From Gemmatimonadota bacterium (GTDB taxonomy: Bacteria > Gemmatimonadota > Gemmatimonadetes > Gemmatimonadales > GWC2-71-9): a stretch of 64,000 bases of DNA. The position numbers and the translations under genes are program-made. The DNA is taken from positions 316-64,315 of the forward strand of contig JANYKV010000136.1 in the NCBI GenBank assembly GCA_025358055.1, read 5' to 3'. Numbering within the stretch: the stretch's first letter is position 1; the number at the start of each line of letters is the position of its first letter. This document shows positions 9,646 to 19,144 of this stretch, one piece after another. A model generated the notes under the pieces. The model had not been told where the DNA came from and did not search any database. It saw only the letters and a list, made by a program, of their open reading frames with translations.

Positions 9646-10262
9646 TGTTCACCGGCCTCGTTTCGGTCATCGGGACGATCGCGGGTGTCGAACATCCGGG
9701 GACCGGGCTCGCCATGCGCGTGCGCTCCTCCTTTCGCGGCCTCACGCTCGGCGAAAGCGTTGCGATTGATGGTGCCTGCCTCACCGTGGAGAGTATTGGC
9801 CGGGGGTGGTTCGGCGTGCGCGTCATTCGCACATCGCTCGAGCGAACGTTGTTTGGCACGTACGCGGTCGGACAGCGTGTGAATCTCGAATTGGCCCTTC
9901 GAGTCGGTGATCGCTTGGGAGGACACCTCGTTCAGGGGCATATCGACGGCGTCGGCACCCTCCTGGCCGTGAAGCAGAAGGGAGATGCACGCCTGATCGA
10001 CATTCGGGTTCCCAAGGAGGTCTTCTCGGCCTCGATTCCGCTGGGTTCGATTACGGTGGACGGAGTGAGTCTGACCGTCAATGCGATCCCCGCTTCCAAC
10101 GTGATCCAGATCAGCTTGATCCCGTTTACTTTACAGCGAACGACGTTGGGTGAACGCCGCGTGGGTGACGGCGTCCATCTCGAGGCTGATACGATCGGAA
10201 AGTATATCCGCCATCTGGTCGAGGGTCGCCAGCGGAACGGGCGAACGGGAAGAGCTCAATGA
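9645..10262 (+). CDS. ribE: Riboflavin synthase alpha chain
   Basis: The canonical MFTGLV start is at ATG 9645, overlapping the ribD TAA by 1 nt. The upstream part of ORF 9495..10262 overlaps ribD and is treated as a spurious extension. Confidence 0.9.
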   Translation: MFTGLVSVIGTIAGVEHPGTGLAMRVRSSFRGLTLGESVAIDGACLTVESIGRGWFGVRVIRTSLERTLFGTYAVGQRVNLELALRVGDRLGGHLVQGHIDGVGTLLAVKQKGDARLIDIRVPKEVFSASIPLGSITVDGVSLTVNAIPASNVIQISLIPFTLQRTTLGERRVGDGVHLEADTIGKYIRHLVEGRQRNGRTGRAQ

Positions 10263-11464
10263 AATTCGGCACCATCGAAGAAGCAATTGAGAGCCTTCGT
10301 AACGGCAAAATCATCATCGTCGCCGATGATGAGGACCGCGAGAATGAGGGCGATCTGGTGGTCGCGGCCGAACTGGTCACCCCGGAGATCATCAACTTCA
10401 TGACGTTACAAGGCCGGGGCCTGATTTGCCTCGCACTGACCGGCGAGCGGTGCGACCAACTTGGGCTGCCGCAAATGACGGAACGGAACACGGAAGAACT
10501 GTCGACTGCGTTTACTATCAGCATCGATGCAGACCGGCGGTTTGGTGTGACGACCGGCATCTCGGCGGCGGATCGCGCGACGACCATTCACGTCGCCTTG
10601 AATCCGAAGACCGTGCCCGGCGATCTCCGGCGGCCCGGTCATGTCTTCCCGCTCCGCGCTCGTCCCGGTGGCGTGCTCCAACGGGTGGGCCAGACCGAAG
10701 GCAGCGTCGATCTCGCGCGATTGGCGGGATTGGCCCCGGCCGGTGTCATTTGCGAGATCCTGAATTCCGATGGGTCCATGGCTCGTCGCCCCGAATTGGA
10801 ACGGATCGCCGAGCAACACGGGCTCGTTTTCGTCACCGTCGCCCAGTTGGTTGCGCATCGGCTGCAGACCGAACGATTGGTTCACCGGGTGGCTGAAGCG
10901 AGGCTGCCGACCGACTTCGGGGCGTTCACCGTCATCGGGTACGGCAACGATGTCGACCAGAAGGAGCATGTCGCACTGGTGTATGGCGACGTGGCCGGGC
11001 ACGAAAATGTACTGGTCCGGATGCACTCGAAGTGTCTGACCGGCGATGTGTTCGGGTCCCAGCGGTGTGATTGCGGCCCCCAGCTGCACGCTGCTATGGA
11101 ACAGATCACGCGCGAGGGACGCGGCGTGATCGTCTATCTCGATCAGGAAGGGCGGGGAATCGGATTGCTGAACAAGCTGCGCGCCTATGCCTTACAGGAC
11201 AGCGGTGCCGATACCGTGCAGGCGAACCAGAAGCTTGGGTTCGCGCCCGATTTGCGAAACTACGGAATCGGGGCCCAAATCCTTCGAGACATCGGCCTGA
11301 CCTCAATACGATTGCTCACCAACAACCCACGCAAGGTCGTGGGGCTGGACGCGTATGGGCTTCGGATCGCGGAGCGGGTTCCCTTGGTCACGGTCCTGAC
11401 CCGGGAGAATCGCTCCTACCTCGACACGAAGCGCGACAAACTCGGCCACCTCCTCGCGCACTGA
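10259..11464 (+). CDS. ribBA: Bifunctional 3,4-dihydroxy-2-butanone-4-phosphate synthase / GTP cyclohydrolase II
   Basis: 401 aa. The DHBP synthase N-half contains [10 protein letters not shown], and the GCH-II half contains the zinc motif [18 protein letters not shown]. Confidence 0.95.
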   Translation: MKFGTIEEAIESLRNGKIIIVADDEDRENEGDLVVAAELVTPEIINFMTLQGRGLICLALTGERCDQLGLPQMTERNTEELSTAFTISIDADRRFGVTTGISAADRATTIHVALNPKTVPGDLRRPGHVFPLRARPGGVLQRVGQTEGSVDLARLAGLAPAGVICEILNSDGSMARRPELERIAEQHGLVFVTVAQLVAHRLQTERLVHRVAEARLPTDFGAFTVIGYGNDVDQKEHVALVYGDVAGHENVLVRMHSKCLTGDVFGSQRCDCGPQLHAAMEQITREGRGVIVYLDQEGRGIGLLNKLRAYALQDSGADTVQANQKLGFAPDLRNYGIGAQILRDIGLTSIRLLTNNPRKVVGLDAYGLRIAERVPLVTVLTRENRSYLDTKRDKLGHLLAH

Positions 11465-11469
11465 ATCAC

Positions 11470-11943
11470 GTGACTGAATTCCGTGGACGACTCCGGCCCG
11501 TCGGGCGCATGGCCATCGTTGTAAGCCAATATCATGAACGCGTCACTTCGCAGTTGCTCGCGGGGGCCCTCCAGTGCTGCACCGAAGCGGGTCTCGGTGC
11601 GGAGGAGATCGACGTGCTTTGGGTACCGGGCGCCTTCGAGTTGGGTGTCGCGATCGAAGCGGCGGCCGCGAGTAAGCGGTACGCATGTGTCGTTGCGCTC
11701 GGTGCGGTGATTCGGGGCGAGACGCCCCATTTTGATTTCGTGGCGGGCGAAGCGGCCCGAGCCCTTGCCGGTACCGCAATCTCCCACCGCATTCCGGTCG
11801 GCTTCGGACTTCTCACCACGGACACGTTGGACCAAGCCCGCGCCCGGGCGGGCGGCAGCGCGGGCAACAAAGGGTATGAAGCGGCTGAGGCGGCCATCGC
11901 CACGGCGGATCTCCTGCGGGCGCTCGACGCGCCGGGCCAGTAA
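11470..11943 (+). CDS. ribH: 6,7-dimethyl-8-ribityllumazine synthase
   Basis: Lumazine synthase blocks are present (IVVSQYH, VPGAFELG, GAVIRGETPHFDFV). I chose GTG 11470; ATG 11509 is an alternative start. Confidence 0.9.
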   Translation: MTEFRGRLRPVGRMAIVVSQYHERVTSQLLAGALQCCTEAGLGAEEIDVLWVPGAFELGVAIEAAAASKRYACVVALGAVIRGETPHFDFVAGEAARALAGTAISHRIPVGFGLLTTDTLDQARARAGGSAGNKGYEAAEAAIATADLLRALDAPGQ

Positions 11944-12357
11944 GTGCTCCGCGTTGAAAGCCGCCGCCGAGCCCGGGCGCTGCAGTTGCTCTACGCGTGG
12001 GAGGTGTCGGCCCACCCCCCAACCGAACGACTGCTTCGGGGGTTGGCTCGGCTCACGGGGCCGGAGCCGGCGGTCCTTGAGGAAGCCGAGGCGCTGGTCG
12101 CGCGGATTGTGCGCGCAATCGATGCGATCGATATCGCGTGCGGGAAGGCTGCCGACAACTGGCGGCTCGATCGCCTGGCGGTCGTTGACCGGAACATCCT
12201 CCGGATCGGGGTGTACGAGCTGATGCGCGAAGATGTGCCTCCCAAGGTCGCGATCGATGAGGCGCTGTGGCTTGCGCATCGGTTCGGCGGGCTCCAGTCC
12301 GCTACGTTCGTGAATGGGGTGCTTGACCGGGTCGCGCGCGATCTCGGTCGCCTGTGA
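11944..12357 (+). CDS. nusB: Transcription antitermination factor NusB
   Basis: 137 aa with a NusB-like N-terminus (RRRARALQLLYAWE). It lies after ribH, the classic arrangement. Confidence 0.9.
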   Translation: MLRVESRRRARALQLLYAWEVSAHPPTERLLRGLARLTGPEPAVLEEAEALVARIVRAIDAIDIACGKAADNWRLDRLAVVDRNILRIGVYELMREDVPPKVAIDEALWLAHRFGGLQSATFVNGVLDRVARDLGRL

Positions 12358-13472
12358 ACATCCTCCTGATCAACTGGCAAGATCTCGAAGACCCAGAGGC
12401 CGGTGGCGCAGAAGTCCATCTGTTTGAAATCTTTGGCCGGCTAGTCGCCCGAGGGCACCGCGTTCGAATGGTGTGTTCGGGCTGGCACGGCGCGCCGACT
12501 CGTGCAACCAACCAAGGAATCGAGATTCACCGAGTCGGAGGACGGCACAGTTTTGGCCTGCTGGGCCGAGGAGCAGTGCGTCGAGCCGTGGCCGCCGAAC
12601 GACCCGATATCATCGTGGAAGACATCAACAAGTTGCCGCTCTTTCTGGCGAGTCTCACCGACCTTCCTTTCTGCGCCATCATTCCTCATCTGTTCGGCGG
12701 AACCGCGTTCGACGAAGCGTCCTGGCCGGTGGCGAGTCTTGTTTGGCTGGCGGAGCGCCCGCTCGCCCGCGCCTACGCCCGGGCCGGGTTCCACGCGATC
12801 AGCGAAAGCACCCGCGATGACCTCGTGGCACGCGGCGTACGGCGGGATCGGATCGAGGTCATCCATCCTGGGGTCGATAGCGTGCGATTCCGCCCCGCGC
12901 CGGGCCTTGACCGGACCGAGGCGCCCGCCTTCTTATACGTGGGGCGGTTGCGCCGGTACAAGGCCGTGGATGTGGCTATTCGGGCCTTGGCCGAAGCCCG
13001 GCGAACCCGGCCTGAGCTGACGCTCGATATCGCCGGCACCGGGGATGATCGGCCGCGGCTGGAAGCGCTCGCACTACGTCTGGGACAAGGGAGCGCAGTG
13101 CGATTCCTTGGGTACGTGAGCGAACCGGACAAAATTCGCTTGCTGCAGGGTGCTTGGGCGAATCTGTTCCCCTCGCCGAAGGAAGGGTGGGGGATAACGA
13201 TCATCGAAGCGGCGGCGTGCGGAACGCCGTCCCTCGCATCGCGAAGTCCGGGCTTGCAAGATTCCGTGATCGATGGGGAAACCGGCTTCCTTGTGACGCA
13301 TGGCGACCCGGCCGCGCTGGCGGAGCGGATGTTGGCGCTCGCCGCGGATCGAGCCTTGGTGGACCGCCTTGGACGGCAAGCGCGCGGGCATGCCGAACGC
13401 TTGACCTGGGAAGCGGCTGCGGCCGCCACGGAAGCGCACCTGCGAGCGATCGTTGGGCGTTCCGCGACGTAG
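12354..13472 (+). CDS. Glycosyltransferase family 4 (GT-B, group 1)
   Basis: 372 aa with the EGWGITIIEAAACGTPSLAS (E-x7-E region) motif typical of GT4 enzymes. Confidence 0.85.
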   Translation: MNILLINWQDLEDPEAGGAEVHLFEIFGRLVARGHRVRMVCSGWHGAPTRATNQGIEIHRVGGRHSFGLLGRGAVRRAVAAERPDIIVEDINKLPLFLASLTDLPFCAIIPHLFGGTAFDEASWPVASLVWLAERPLARAYARAGFHAISESTRDDLVARGVRRDRIEVIHPGVDSVRFRPAPGLDRTEAPAFLYVGRLRRYKAVDVAIRALAEARRTRPELTLDIAGTGDDRPRLEALALRLGQGSAVRFLGYVSEPDKIRLLQGAWANLFPSPKEGWGITIIEAAACGTPSLASRSPGLQDSVIDGETGFLVTHGDPAALAERMLALAADRALVDRLGRQARGHAERLTWEAAAAATEAHLRAIVGRSAT

Positions 13473-13495
13473 ATTGTCTTTGCCGAGGAGATTCG

Positions 13496-13813
13496 ATGCG
13501 AACCACTATCAGTGTCCGTACGTCAGCAGAGGTTCCCGACCCGGTCCGGGCCCGAGCGGGGGTTTTGCTCGATCGACTGAGCAAGCTATCCCCGGGTGCG
13601 CTCGAGGCCACGGTCGTCTTCGACATGGAATTTGTGAAGCACACCGCGGAAATTCGCTTGCACGCCCGCGGCGGGCATTGGCTGGTGGCGACCGGGAGCG
13701 GCCGTGACCATCGGAGCGCCCTCGACCGCACGGCGGAGAAACTCAAGCGCCAATTGACCAAGACGGCCGCACTGCCGCGCTCCCGCCGGCGGAGCCAAGC
13801 GAGACGCGCATGA
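13496..13813 (+). CDS. hpf: Ribosome hibernation promoting factor / RaiA family (short form)
   Basis: 105 aa. It resembles HPF/YfiA (…HTAEIRLHARGGHWLVATGSGRDHRSALDRTAEKLKRQLTK). GGAG lies 7 nt upstream of ATG 13496. Confidence 0.8.
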   Translation: MRTTISVRTSAEVPDPVRARAGVLLDRLSKLSPGALEATVVFDMEFVKHTAEIRLHARGGHWLVATGSGRDHRSALDRTAEKLKRQLTKTAALPRSRRRSQARRA

Positions 13814-14775
13814 GCCTCCGTCCGCGCGACCTTCTCACTCGACGCGGCGATCCGCTCGAGCTCGAACCGTTGACCGGAGAACTTGGGCTTGACCGGCTCT
13901 TGCCCGACGCGGAAATGGCCAGCCCCGGGTTGGCTCTCGCGGGATATACGGAACGGTTTGTTCCCCAACGCCTCCATGTCCTGGGGGAAACAGAAGTCAC
14001 TTACCTCGCCTCGCTCGAGCCCGCACGCCGTCGATCTGTGCTCGAGGGGTTCTTCAGCTTCGACCTGTCCTGTCTCTTTATCACCAAAGGGCAGGAGGTC
14101 CCCGAGCCGCTGATTGAACTGGCCGTCCAGCGGCGGGTGCCGGTGCTTCGCTCGAAGCTCAAGACCGCGGAGTTCTACCGCCGGATCAAACCGATCGTCG
14201 AGGACGCGTTCGCGCCGCGAACGACCCTGCATGCATCGATGGCGGATGTCTACGGCGTCGGTCTCCTTTTTATGGGGCGATCGGGCATCGGGAAGAGCGA
14301 GTGCGTGCTCGATTTGATCGAACGAGGGCACCGGCTCGTGGCGGATGACGTGGTGCAGGTGACCCGGAAAGGCAATGGTATCCTCATTGCCCAAGGACAC
14401 GAGCTGGCCGCCCACCACATGGAAATTCGCGGTATCGGCCTGATGGACATCCCGGCGCTGTTTGGGATTCGGGCGGTTCGCCAGCAGAAGCGGGTGGAGG
14501 TGGTGGTCCAACTGGTCGATTGGGATAGCGCACAGGAGGCGGATCGGACTGGGCTCACGCGCCAGGAAATGATGGTGCTCGACGTGCCCCTCCCGAAGGT
14601 CATTGTGCCCCTCAACCCCGGCAAGAATCTGACAGTGATCTCGGAGGTCGTCGCTATGACGCACCTCCTCCGGTTTTCCGGCGTGGACTCGGCTCAAGCG
14701 TTCAATGATCGCCTCATCAAGCGAATGAAAGAACAGCGGGGCATTCGGGAATACCTCCAAGAGGATTACGAATGA
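13810..14775 (+). CDS. hprK: HPr kinase/phosphorylase
   Basis: 321 aa with the P-loop GRSGIGKSE and signature LVADD...HMEIRGIG. ATGA overlap with hpf. Confidence 0.9.
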   Translation: MSLRPRDLLTRRGDPLELEPLTGELGLDRLLPDAEMASPGLALAGYTERFVPQRLHVLGETEVTYLASLEPARRRSVLEGFFSFDLSCLFITKGQEVPEPLIELAVQRRVPVLRSKLKTAEFYRRIKPIVEDAFAPRTTLHASMADVYGVGLLFMGRSGIGKSECVLDLIERGHRLVADDVVQVTRKGNGILIAQGHELAAHHMEIRGIGLMDIPALFGIRAVRQQKRVEVVVQLVDWDSAQEADRTGLTRQEMMVLDVPLPKVIVPLNPGKNLTVISEVVAMTHLLRFSGVDSAQAFNDRLIKRMKEQRGIREYLQEDYE

Positions 14776-15146
14776 GTGCGGAGTTGCTCGGCGTGGTCGT
14801 TTGCCACGGCCCCCTCGCCCCGGCCTTGGTGGCGGCGGTTGAAGAGGTGAGCGGTGTGCGCGGCGGGCTGATTCCGGTGTCCAACAGTGGTTGCGATCGG
14901 GAGCAAATCGAGCGAAAGATCGAGGCGGCCATGGGCGATCGACCGGGCCTGATCTTCGTGGACATGCCGAGTGGGTCGTGTCTGTTCGCCGCCCTGCGCC
15001 AGCGCCCGAACGCTTCCCATCAACGGATTGTCACCGGTGTCAACCTCGCCATGTTGCTCGACTTTGTATTCCACCGTCAACTCGAGCCGGCTGCGGCGGC
15101 CTCCCGCGCATTGGAGGTCGGCGCGCGCGCGATGGTGTCCCGCTGA
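14772..15146 (+). CDS. PTS mannose-family EIIA component
   Basis: 124 aa. The N-terminal GVVVCHG places a conserved His at the EIIA-Man phosphorylation position. Confidence 0.8.
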   Translation: MSAELLGVVVCHGPLAPALVAAVEEVSGVRGGLIPVSNSGCDREQIERKIEAAMGDRPGLIFVDMPSGSCLFAALRQRPNASHQRIVTGVNLAMLLDFVFHRQLEPAAAASRALEVGARAMVSR

Positions 15147-15625
15147 TGGCCATCGCACTCGCGCGGGTGGACGACCGCCTCATCCATGGCCAAGTGGTGA
15201 TAGGATGGGGCCGGCCGCTCGACGCGAAAATGATCGTGCTCGTAGATGAGGTGGTGCGATACAGTGATTGGGAGCAAGAGATTTATCGGATGGCGGTTCC
15301 CGCCGACATGCAGGTCGTTTTCGCCACCGTCCAAGAAGCCGGGGCTCGGCTCGCCGAATGGCAGGGAAGTCCCCAGCAGGTCATTGTGCTGACCGGCGAC
15401 ATCGCCACCATGGCCGCGCTGTACTCGAAGAATCCGGCTGCACTGTCCTCGATCAATCTCGGTGGAGTTCATCACCGACCGGGGCGGACCGAGCGCCTTC
15501 GCTTTCTGTATCTCTCCCCGGAGGAGGCCGCGATGCTCAACGACCTCACGGTCCACGGAGCGGTCATCACCGCCCAGGACCTACCGGCCAGCCGCGCGGT
15601 GCCAGTCGCTGAGGTGCTGGGGTGA
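15146..15625 (+). CDS. PTS mannose/sorbose-family EIIB component
   Basis: The RVDDRLIHGQV motif is at the N-terminus. ATG 15146 overlaps the EIIA stop (TGATG). The upstream part of ORF 14891.. is discarded. Confidence 0.85.
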   Translation: MAIALARVDDRLIHGQVVIGWGRPLDAKMIVLVDEVVRYSDWEQEIYRMAVPADMQVVFATVQEAGARLAEWQGSPQQVIVLTGDIATMAALYSKNPAALSSINLGGVHHRPGRTERLRFLYLSPEEAAMLNDLTVHGAVITAQDLPASRAVPVAEVLG

Positions 15626-16299
15626 TCTGGACTCTCTGGGGGTATCTCGCCGCGCTGGTGTGGGGAACTGCCGTGGGCGTCGATCTGGTCAGCTTCCCCC
15701 AGGCGATGATCGCCCGACCGGTGGTCGCCGGAACCGTGGCCGGCTGGCTATTGGGCGATCCCCTGCTCGGGCTTCGCGTCGGCGTGGTGCTCGAGCTGTT
15801 CGCGCTGGATGTTTTGCCGATCGGCGCCTCGCGCTACCCCGATTACGGGCCTGCAACGGTGGCTGCTGTCGCCGCAGGGGTTGGACACCCATGGGAGTGG
15901 GCGCTCGGCGTGTGCACGGCCGTGGGCCTCGCAATGTCCCTCGTGGGCCGGTGGAGTTTGGAACAGCTGCGACGCCGGAACGCGTTGGCGGCCCAGGCCG
16001 CCTCGGCAGCGCTCTCCGCCGGTGATGCAGAGGTCGTCCGCCGCCTGCATCTCAGTGCCCTCGGTCGCGATGCCGTCCGGTCCCTCCTGCTCACCGGAGC
16101 GGGACTGTTGTTGGCCCGGCTCCTCGGCGCCAAGATTCCGGAAGATCCTGGCTTTGGGCAGGTGCTCTCGTGGTTGGCCATCGGCGGCGCGATTGCCGCC
16201 GTCATCGGTGGAGCGGTGCGAAGCGCGGCGCACGGGCGACGGCTGCGGTGGCTGTTGGCCGGCTTTGCCGGCAGCCTCATCTTGATCCTGCTGCGATGA
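15622..16299 (+). CDS. PTS mannose-family EIIC membrane component
   Basis: 225 aa, polytopic and hydrophobic. It sits between EIIB and EIID with a GTGA overlap. Confidence 0.75.
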   Translation: MIWTLWGYLAALVWGTAVGVDLVSFPQAMIARPVVAGTVAGWLLGDPLLGLRVGVVLELFALDVLPIGASRYPDYGPATVAAVAAGVGHPWEWALGVCTAVGLAMSLVGRWSLEQLRRRNALAAQAASAALSAGDAEVVRRLHLSALGRDAVRSLLLTGAGLLLARLLGAKIPEDPGFGQVLSWLAIGGAIAAVIGGAVRSAAHGRRLRWLLAGFAGSLILILLR

Positions 16300-17036
16300 G
16301 GGCCCGCGTTCGGGCGTTGTTTCGGTTGCTTTCACTTCAAGCTTCCTGGAACTACGAACGTATGCAAGGGATCGGAATGGCCTTTGCCGAGCTGCCGCTG
16401 TTGGAGGAAGTGGCTTACGGCGACGCGAAGCTTCGCCACGCGGCCATTGCGCGCGCGGCTGAGTTCTTCAACGCCAACCCATACCTCGCGAGCGCGGCAA
16501 TCGGCGCTTCGATTCGCGCCGAGCGGGACGGAGAACCGAGTGAACGGATTTCACGACTCCGTACCGCGCTTTGCGGCCCTCTTGGGGCGCTGGGCGACCA
16601 GTTGTTTTGGGTCGGCTCATTGCCCGCGTTGTTGGGGCTCACGTTGCTGGCGATCGCCTGGGGCGCCGGAGCGTGGGCGGTACTGGGATTCTTGCTGGCG
16701 CATAACGCGTTGCGGCTGTCGGTCCATACCTGGGCCTTTGACATGGGACTCACCTACGGCGTGCGCGTTGGCGGGGCGATCCAGGCCTCGTGGCTGCCGA
16801 AAGCGGTCGCGGTGGCGGGGCCCGCCGCGGGATTCCTCGTGGGCCTCGCCGCTCCGCTGTCCGGTGCCTGGCTGCTCGAACGGACGCCAACCCGGGGTGG
16901 CTTGCTCATCGCCTCTGGCATCGCGGTTGCCCTTCTCATCGTGCGACGGATCGGATGGCGATTGTCGACGGCGGAGGTCACCTTAGGGCTTCTGGCGCTG
17001 GCGATCCTGTGGGATGCCGCAAAAGGGCTGCTATGA
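16296..17036 (+). CDS. PTS mannose-family EIID membrane component
   Basis: The N-terminus (RLLSLQASWNYERMQGIGMAF) is typical of EIID-Man. ATGA overlap with EIIC. Confidence 0.8.
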   Translation: MRARVRALFRLLSLQASWNYERMQGIGMAFAELPLLEEVAYGDAKLRHAAIARAAEFFNANPYLASAAIGASIRAERDGEPSERISRLRTALCGPLGALGDQLFWVGSLPALLGLTLLAIAWGAGAWAVLGFLLAHNALRLSVHTWAFDMGLTYGVRVGGAIQASWLPKAVAVAGPAAGFLVGLAAPLSGAWLLERTPTRGGLLIASGIAVALLIVRRIGWRLSTAEVTLGLLALAILWDAAKGLL

Positions 17037-17296
17037 TCGAGCGCGAAGTGCGAATCGTGAACTCCCTCGGCCTGCACGCGCGCCCGGCGGCTCAATTCGT
17101 GAAGCTGGCGAGCACCTTTGCGGCCAGTATCGAGGTGGTGAGGGATGGCCTCCCCGTCAACGGAAAGAGTATCATGGGAGTCATGATGCTCGCGGCGGAG
17201 TGCGGGAGTTTCATTCTGATTCGCGCGGACGGGAGCGATGCCGACCGAGCGGTCGATGCGCTCGAGACACTCGTCACTGGAGGGTTCGGCGAATGA
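17033..17296 (+). CDS. ptsH: Phosphocarrier protein HPr
   Basis: 87 aa with His15 in GLHARPA and Ser46 in NGKSIMG, at exactly those residue numbers. ATGA overlap with EIID. Confidence 0.9.
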   Translation: MIEREVRIVNSLGLHARPAAQFVKLASTFAASIEVVRDGLPVNGKSIMGVMMLAAECGSFILIRADGSDADRAVDALETLVTGGFGE

Positions 17297-19098
17297 ACGA
17301 GCAACGGGTCCTCCGAGGGAGCGGTGTTTCGCCTGGGGTCGCGTGCGCGCCTGCCATGGTCATTCAGTGGCGCTTCCCCGACGTGCCGGACCGCTCGGTG
17401 CAGCCCGAGGAGGTCGACGGCGAAATTAGCCGGCTCCGGGCCGCGATCGCCTCGGTGGTCGACCACCTACTCCACCTGAGGGATCGGGTGCTTCAGCGCG
17501 CCGGGCTCGAGGAGTCTCGGATTTTCGATGCGCAGATTCTCATGGCCCAAGACGAAGACTTCTTGGCCTCAGTGGAGCATCTCATTCGCGAGAACAATCT
17601 GAGCGCCGAAACAGCCTTCGAGTTCAAAGCGCTGGAGATTCGGGCCCTGTGGTCCGGCACCGGCAGTCTCCGGCTCCGCGAACGGCTCACTGATCTCTCC
17701 GCGATCCAGATGCGCGTACTCCGAGTGTTGATGGGCACCGACGAGGAGGAACTCGCCTTCCAGGTTGGCGAGCAGTGCATTGTGGTGGCGCACGAACTGT
17801 CGCCGGGTCTCACCGTTCAGCTCGATCGCGATCATGTCGTGGGTCTCATCAGCGAAGAAGGCACTCGTACGTCTCACGCGGCAATCGTGGCTCACTCCCT
17901 CGGTATCCCCGCCGTGATGGGCGCTCCCGGGGCACTCGAGGCGATTGCCCCTGGCACTCTCGTACTTCTGGATGGGCAAAGTGGGCGTATTGTGCTCGAC
18001 CCCACGCCCCACGAACTCGACCTCGCGCGCACGCAGGTGACCCGGCGCCACAAATTGGAGCTGGAGCTCGAATCGGTAGCCCAACAACCCGCGGTGACTC
18101 CCGACGGTCGGGTCATCACCCTGATGGGAAATGTCGACCTTCCCGAGGAGATCGATCTTGCCCTGCGGAACGGAGCCGAAGGGGTCGGACTCCTTCGGAC
18201 GGAGTTCCTGGTGACCGGGCGTACCGAGCTCCCCAGTGAAGAGGAACAGCTCGAGTATTTCCGCCGGGTGGCACATGCCTTCGCGCCGCGCCCGGTCGTA
18301 ATCCGCACCTTCGACCTGGGCGGAGACAAATTCCCCGCGGCGTTCGACGCTCCGCAGGAGGCCAATCCGTTTCTCGGTTGGCGATCGATTCGGGTCTGCC
18401 TCGATCAGCCGGACATCTTTCGCCCCCAAATCCGGGCGATCCTACGAGCGGCCGCCGAGTATCCGGTGCATATGATGCTCCCGCTCATCACTCGGGTCGA
18501 GGAGGTTCATCGCACCCACGAGTTGATCGCCGAAGAAGCGGCGAGTTTGCGTCGAGCGGGTGTGCCGGCTGCGGCCAGTGTGCCGGTCGGCGTCATGGTC
18601 GAGACGCCGGCAGCCGTCATTGTGGCCGACCGATTGGCGAAGGTCAGCCGGTTCTTCAGCGTCGGAAGCAACGATCTGACCCAATACACCCTGGTCGTCG
18701 ATCGCGGCAATGCCCGTTTGGCGAATCGGTTTGCGCCACAAGATCCGGCTGTGGTACGGCAGTTGCAATCGATTTTGGCCGCCGGGGAAGCCGAGGGCAT
18801 CGAAGTGAGTGTGTGCGGCGAAATGGCCTCCGAGCCGCTGTTGGCTGTCCTATTGATTGGGCTGGGTTATCGGCGGTTGAGCGTCGCGCCTCCCGCACTG
18901 CTCCTGTTGCGTTGGATTGTGCGAAAGGTGCCCTTTGAGGCCTGCCGAGTCGCCGCCGAAAACGCGCTTCTTGCCGAGACCAGTCACGGCGTCGAGGAGG
19001 CTCTCCGGCAAGGGGTCAAGCCGTTCGTCGACCTGCGGCTCCTCGATCTAGCGGCGCCGTTGCCTGGCCGAACGAGTGGGGCTAGCTTGGTGCCCTGA
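17293..19098 (+). CDS. ptsI: Phosphoenolpyruvate-protein phosphotransferase (PTS Enzyme I)
   Basis: 601 aa from ATG 17293 (ATGA overlap with ptsH). The active-site block [19 protein letters not shown] and a PEP-utilising C-terminal domain are present. Confidence 0.95.
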   Translation: MNEQRVLRGSGVSPGVACAPAMVIQWRFPDVPDRSVQPEEVDGEISRLRAAIASVVDHLLHLRDRVLQRAGLEESRIFDAQILMAQDEDFLASVEHLIRENNLSAETAFEFKALEIRALWSGTGSLRLRERLTDLSAIQMRVLRVLMGTDEEELAFQVGEQCIVVAHELSPGLTVQLDRDHVVGLISEEGTRTSHAAIVAHSLGIPAVMGAPGALEAIAPGTLVLLDGQSGRIVLDPTPHELDLARTQVTRRHKLELELESVAQQPAVTPDGRVITLMGNVDLPEEIDLALRNGAEGVGLLRTEFLVTGRTELPSEEEQLEYFRRVAHAFAPRPVVIRTFDLGGDKFPAAFDAPQEANPFLGWRSIRVCLDQPDIFRPQIRAILRAAAEYPVHMMLPLITRVEEVHRTHELIAEEAASLRRAGVPAAASVPVGVMVETPAAVIVADRLAKVSRFFSVGSNDLTQYTLVVDRGNARLANRFAPQDPAVVRQLQSILAAGEAEGIEVSVCGEMASEPLLAVLLIGLGYRRLSVAPPALLLLRWIVRKVPFEACRVAAENALLAETSHGVEEALRQGVKPFVDLRLLDLAAPLPGRTSGASLVP

Positions 19099-19144
19099 AT
19101 GGACTTGCCCTACCATACCCACTTTCGCTAAAGTGAGCATATCC

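Noticed and set aside
13201-14760. 519-aa minus-strand ORF antisense to hpf/hprK. Similar long antisense ORFs occur at 19082..20677, 23610..24932, 34195..35703, 37385..38806, 29412..30425, 56355..57566, 48074..48967, 11416..12279 and 7207..8055.
   Set aside because: Each lies opposite a confidently identified, motif-bearing gene. Their translations are Arg/Pro/Gly-rich with no recognisable motifs. Long stop-free antisense frames are expected in ~65% GC DNA.
17014-17292. Long 5' extensions of track ORFs overlapping the preceding gene. Examples are 17014.., 16790.., 16170.., 14891.., 11071.., 9495.., 26072.., 40727.., 46732.., 60979.., 20788.., 50887.. and 57556...
   Set aside because: In each case an internal ATG, GTG or TTG placed at or just inside the upstream stop reproduces the canonical N-terminus of the family. 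The extension would overlap a well-supported gene in another frame.
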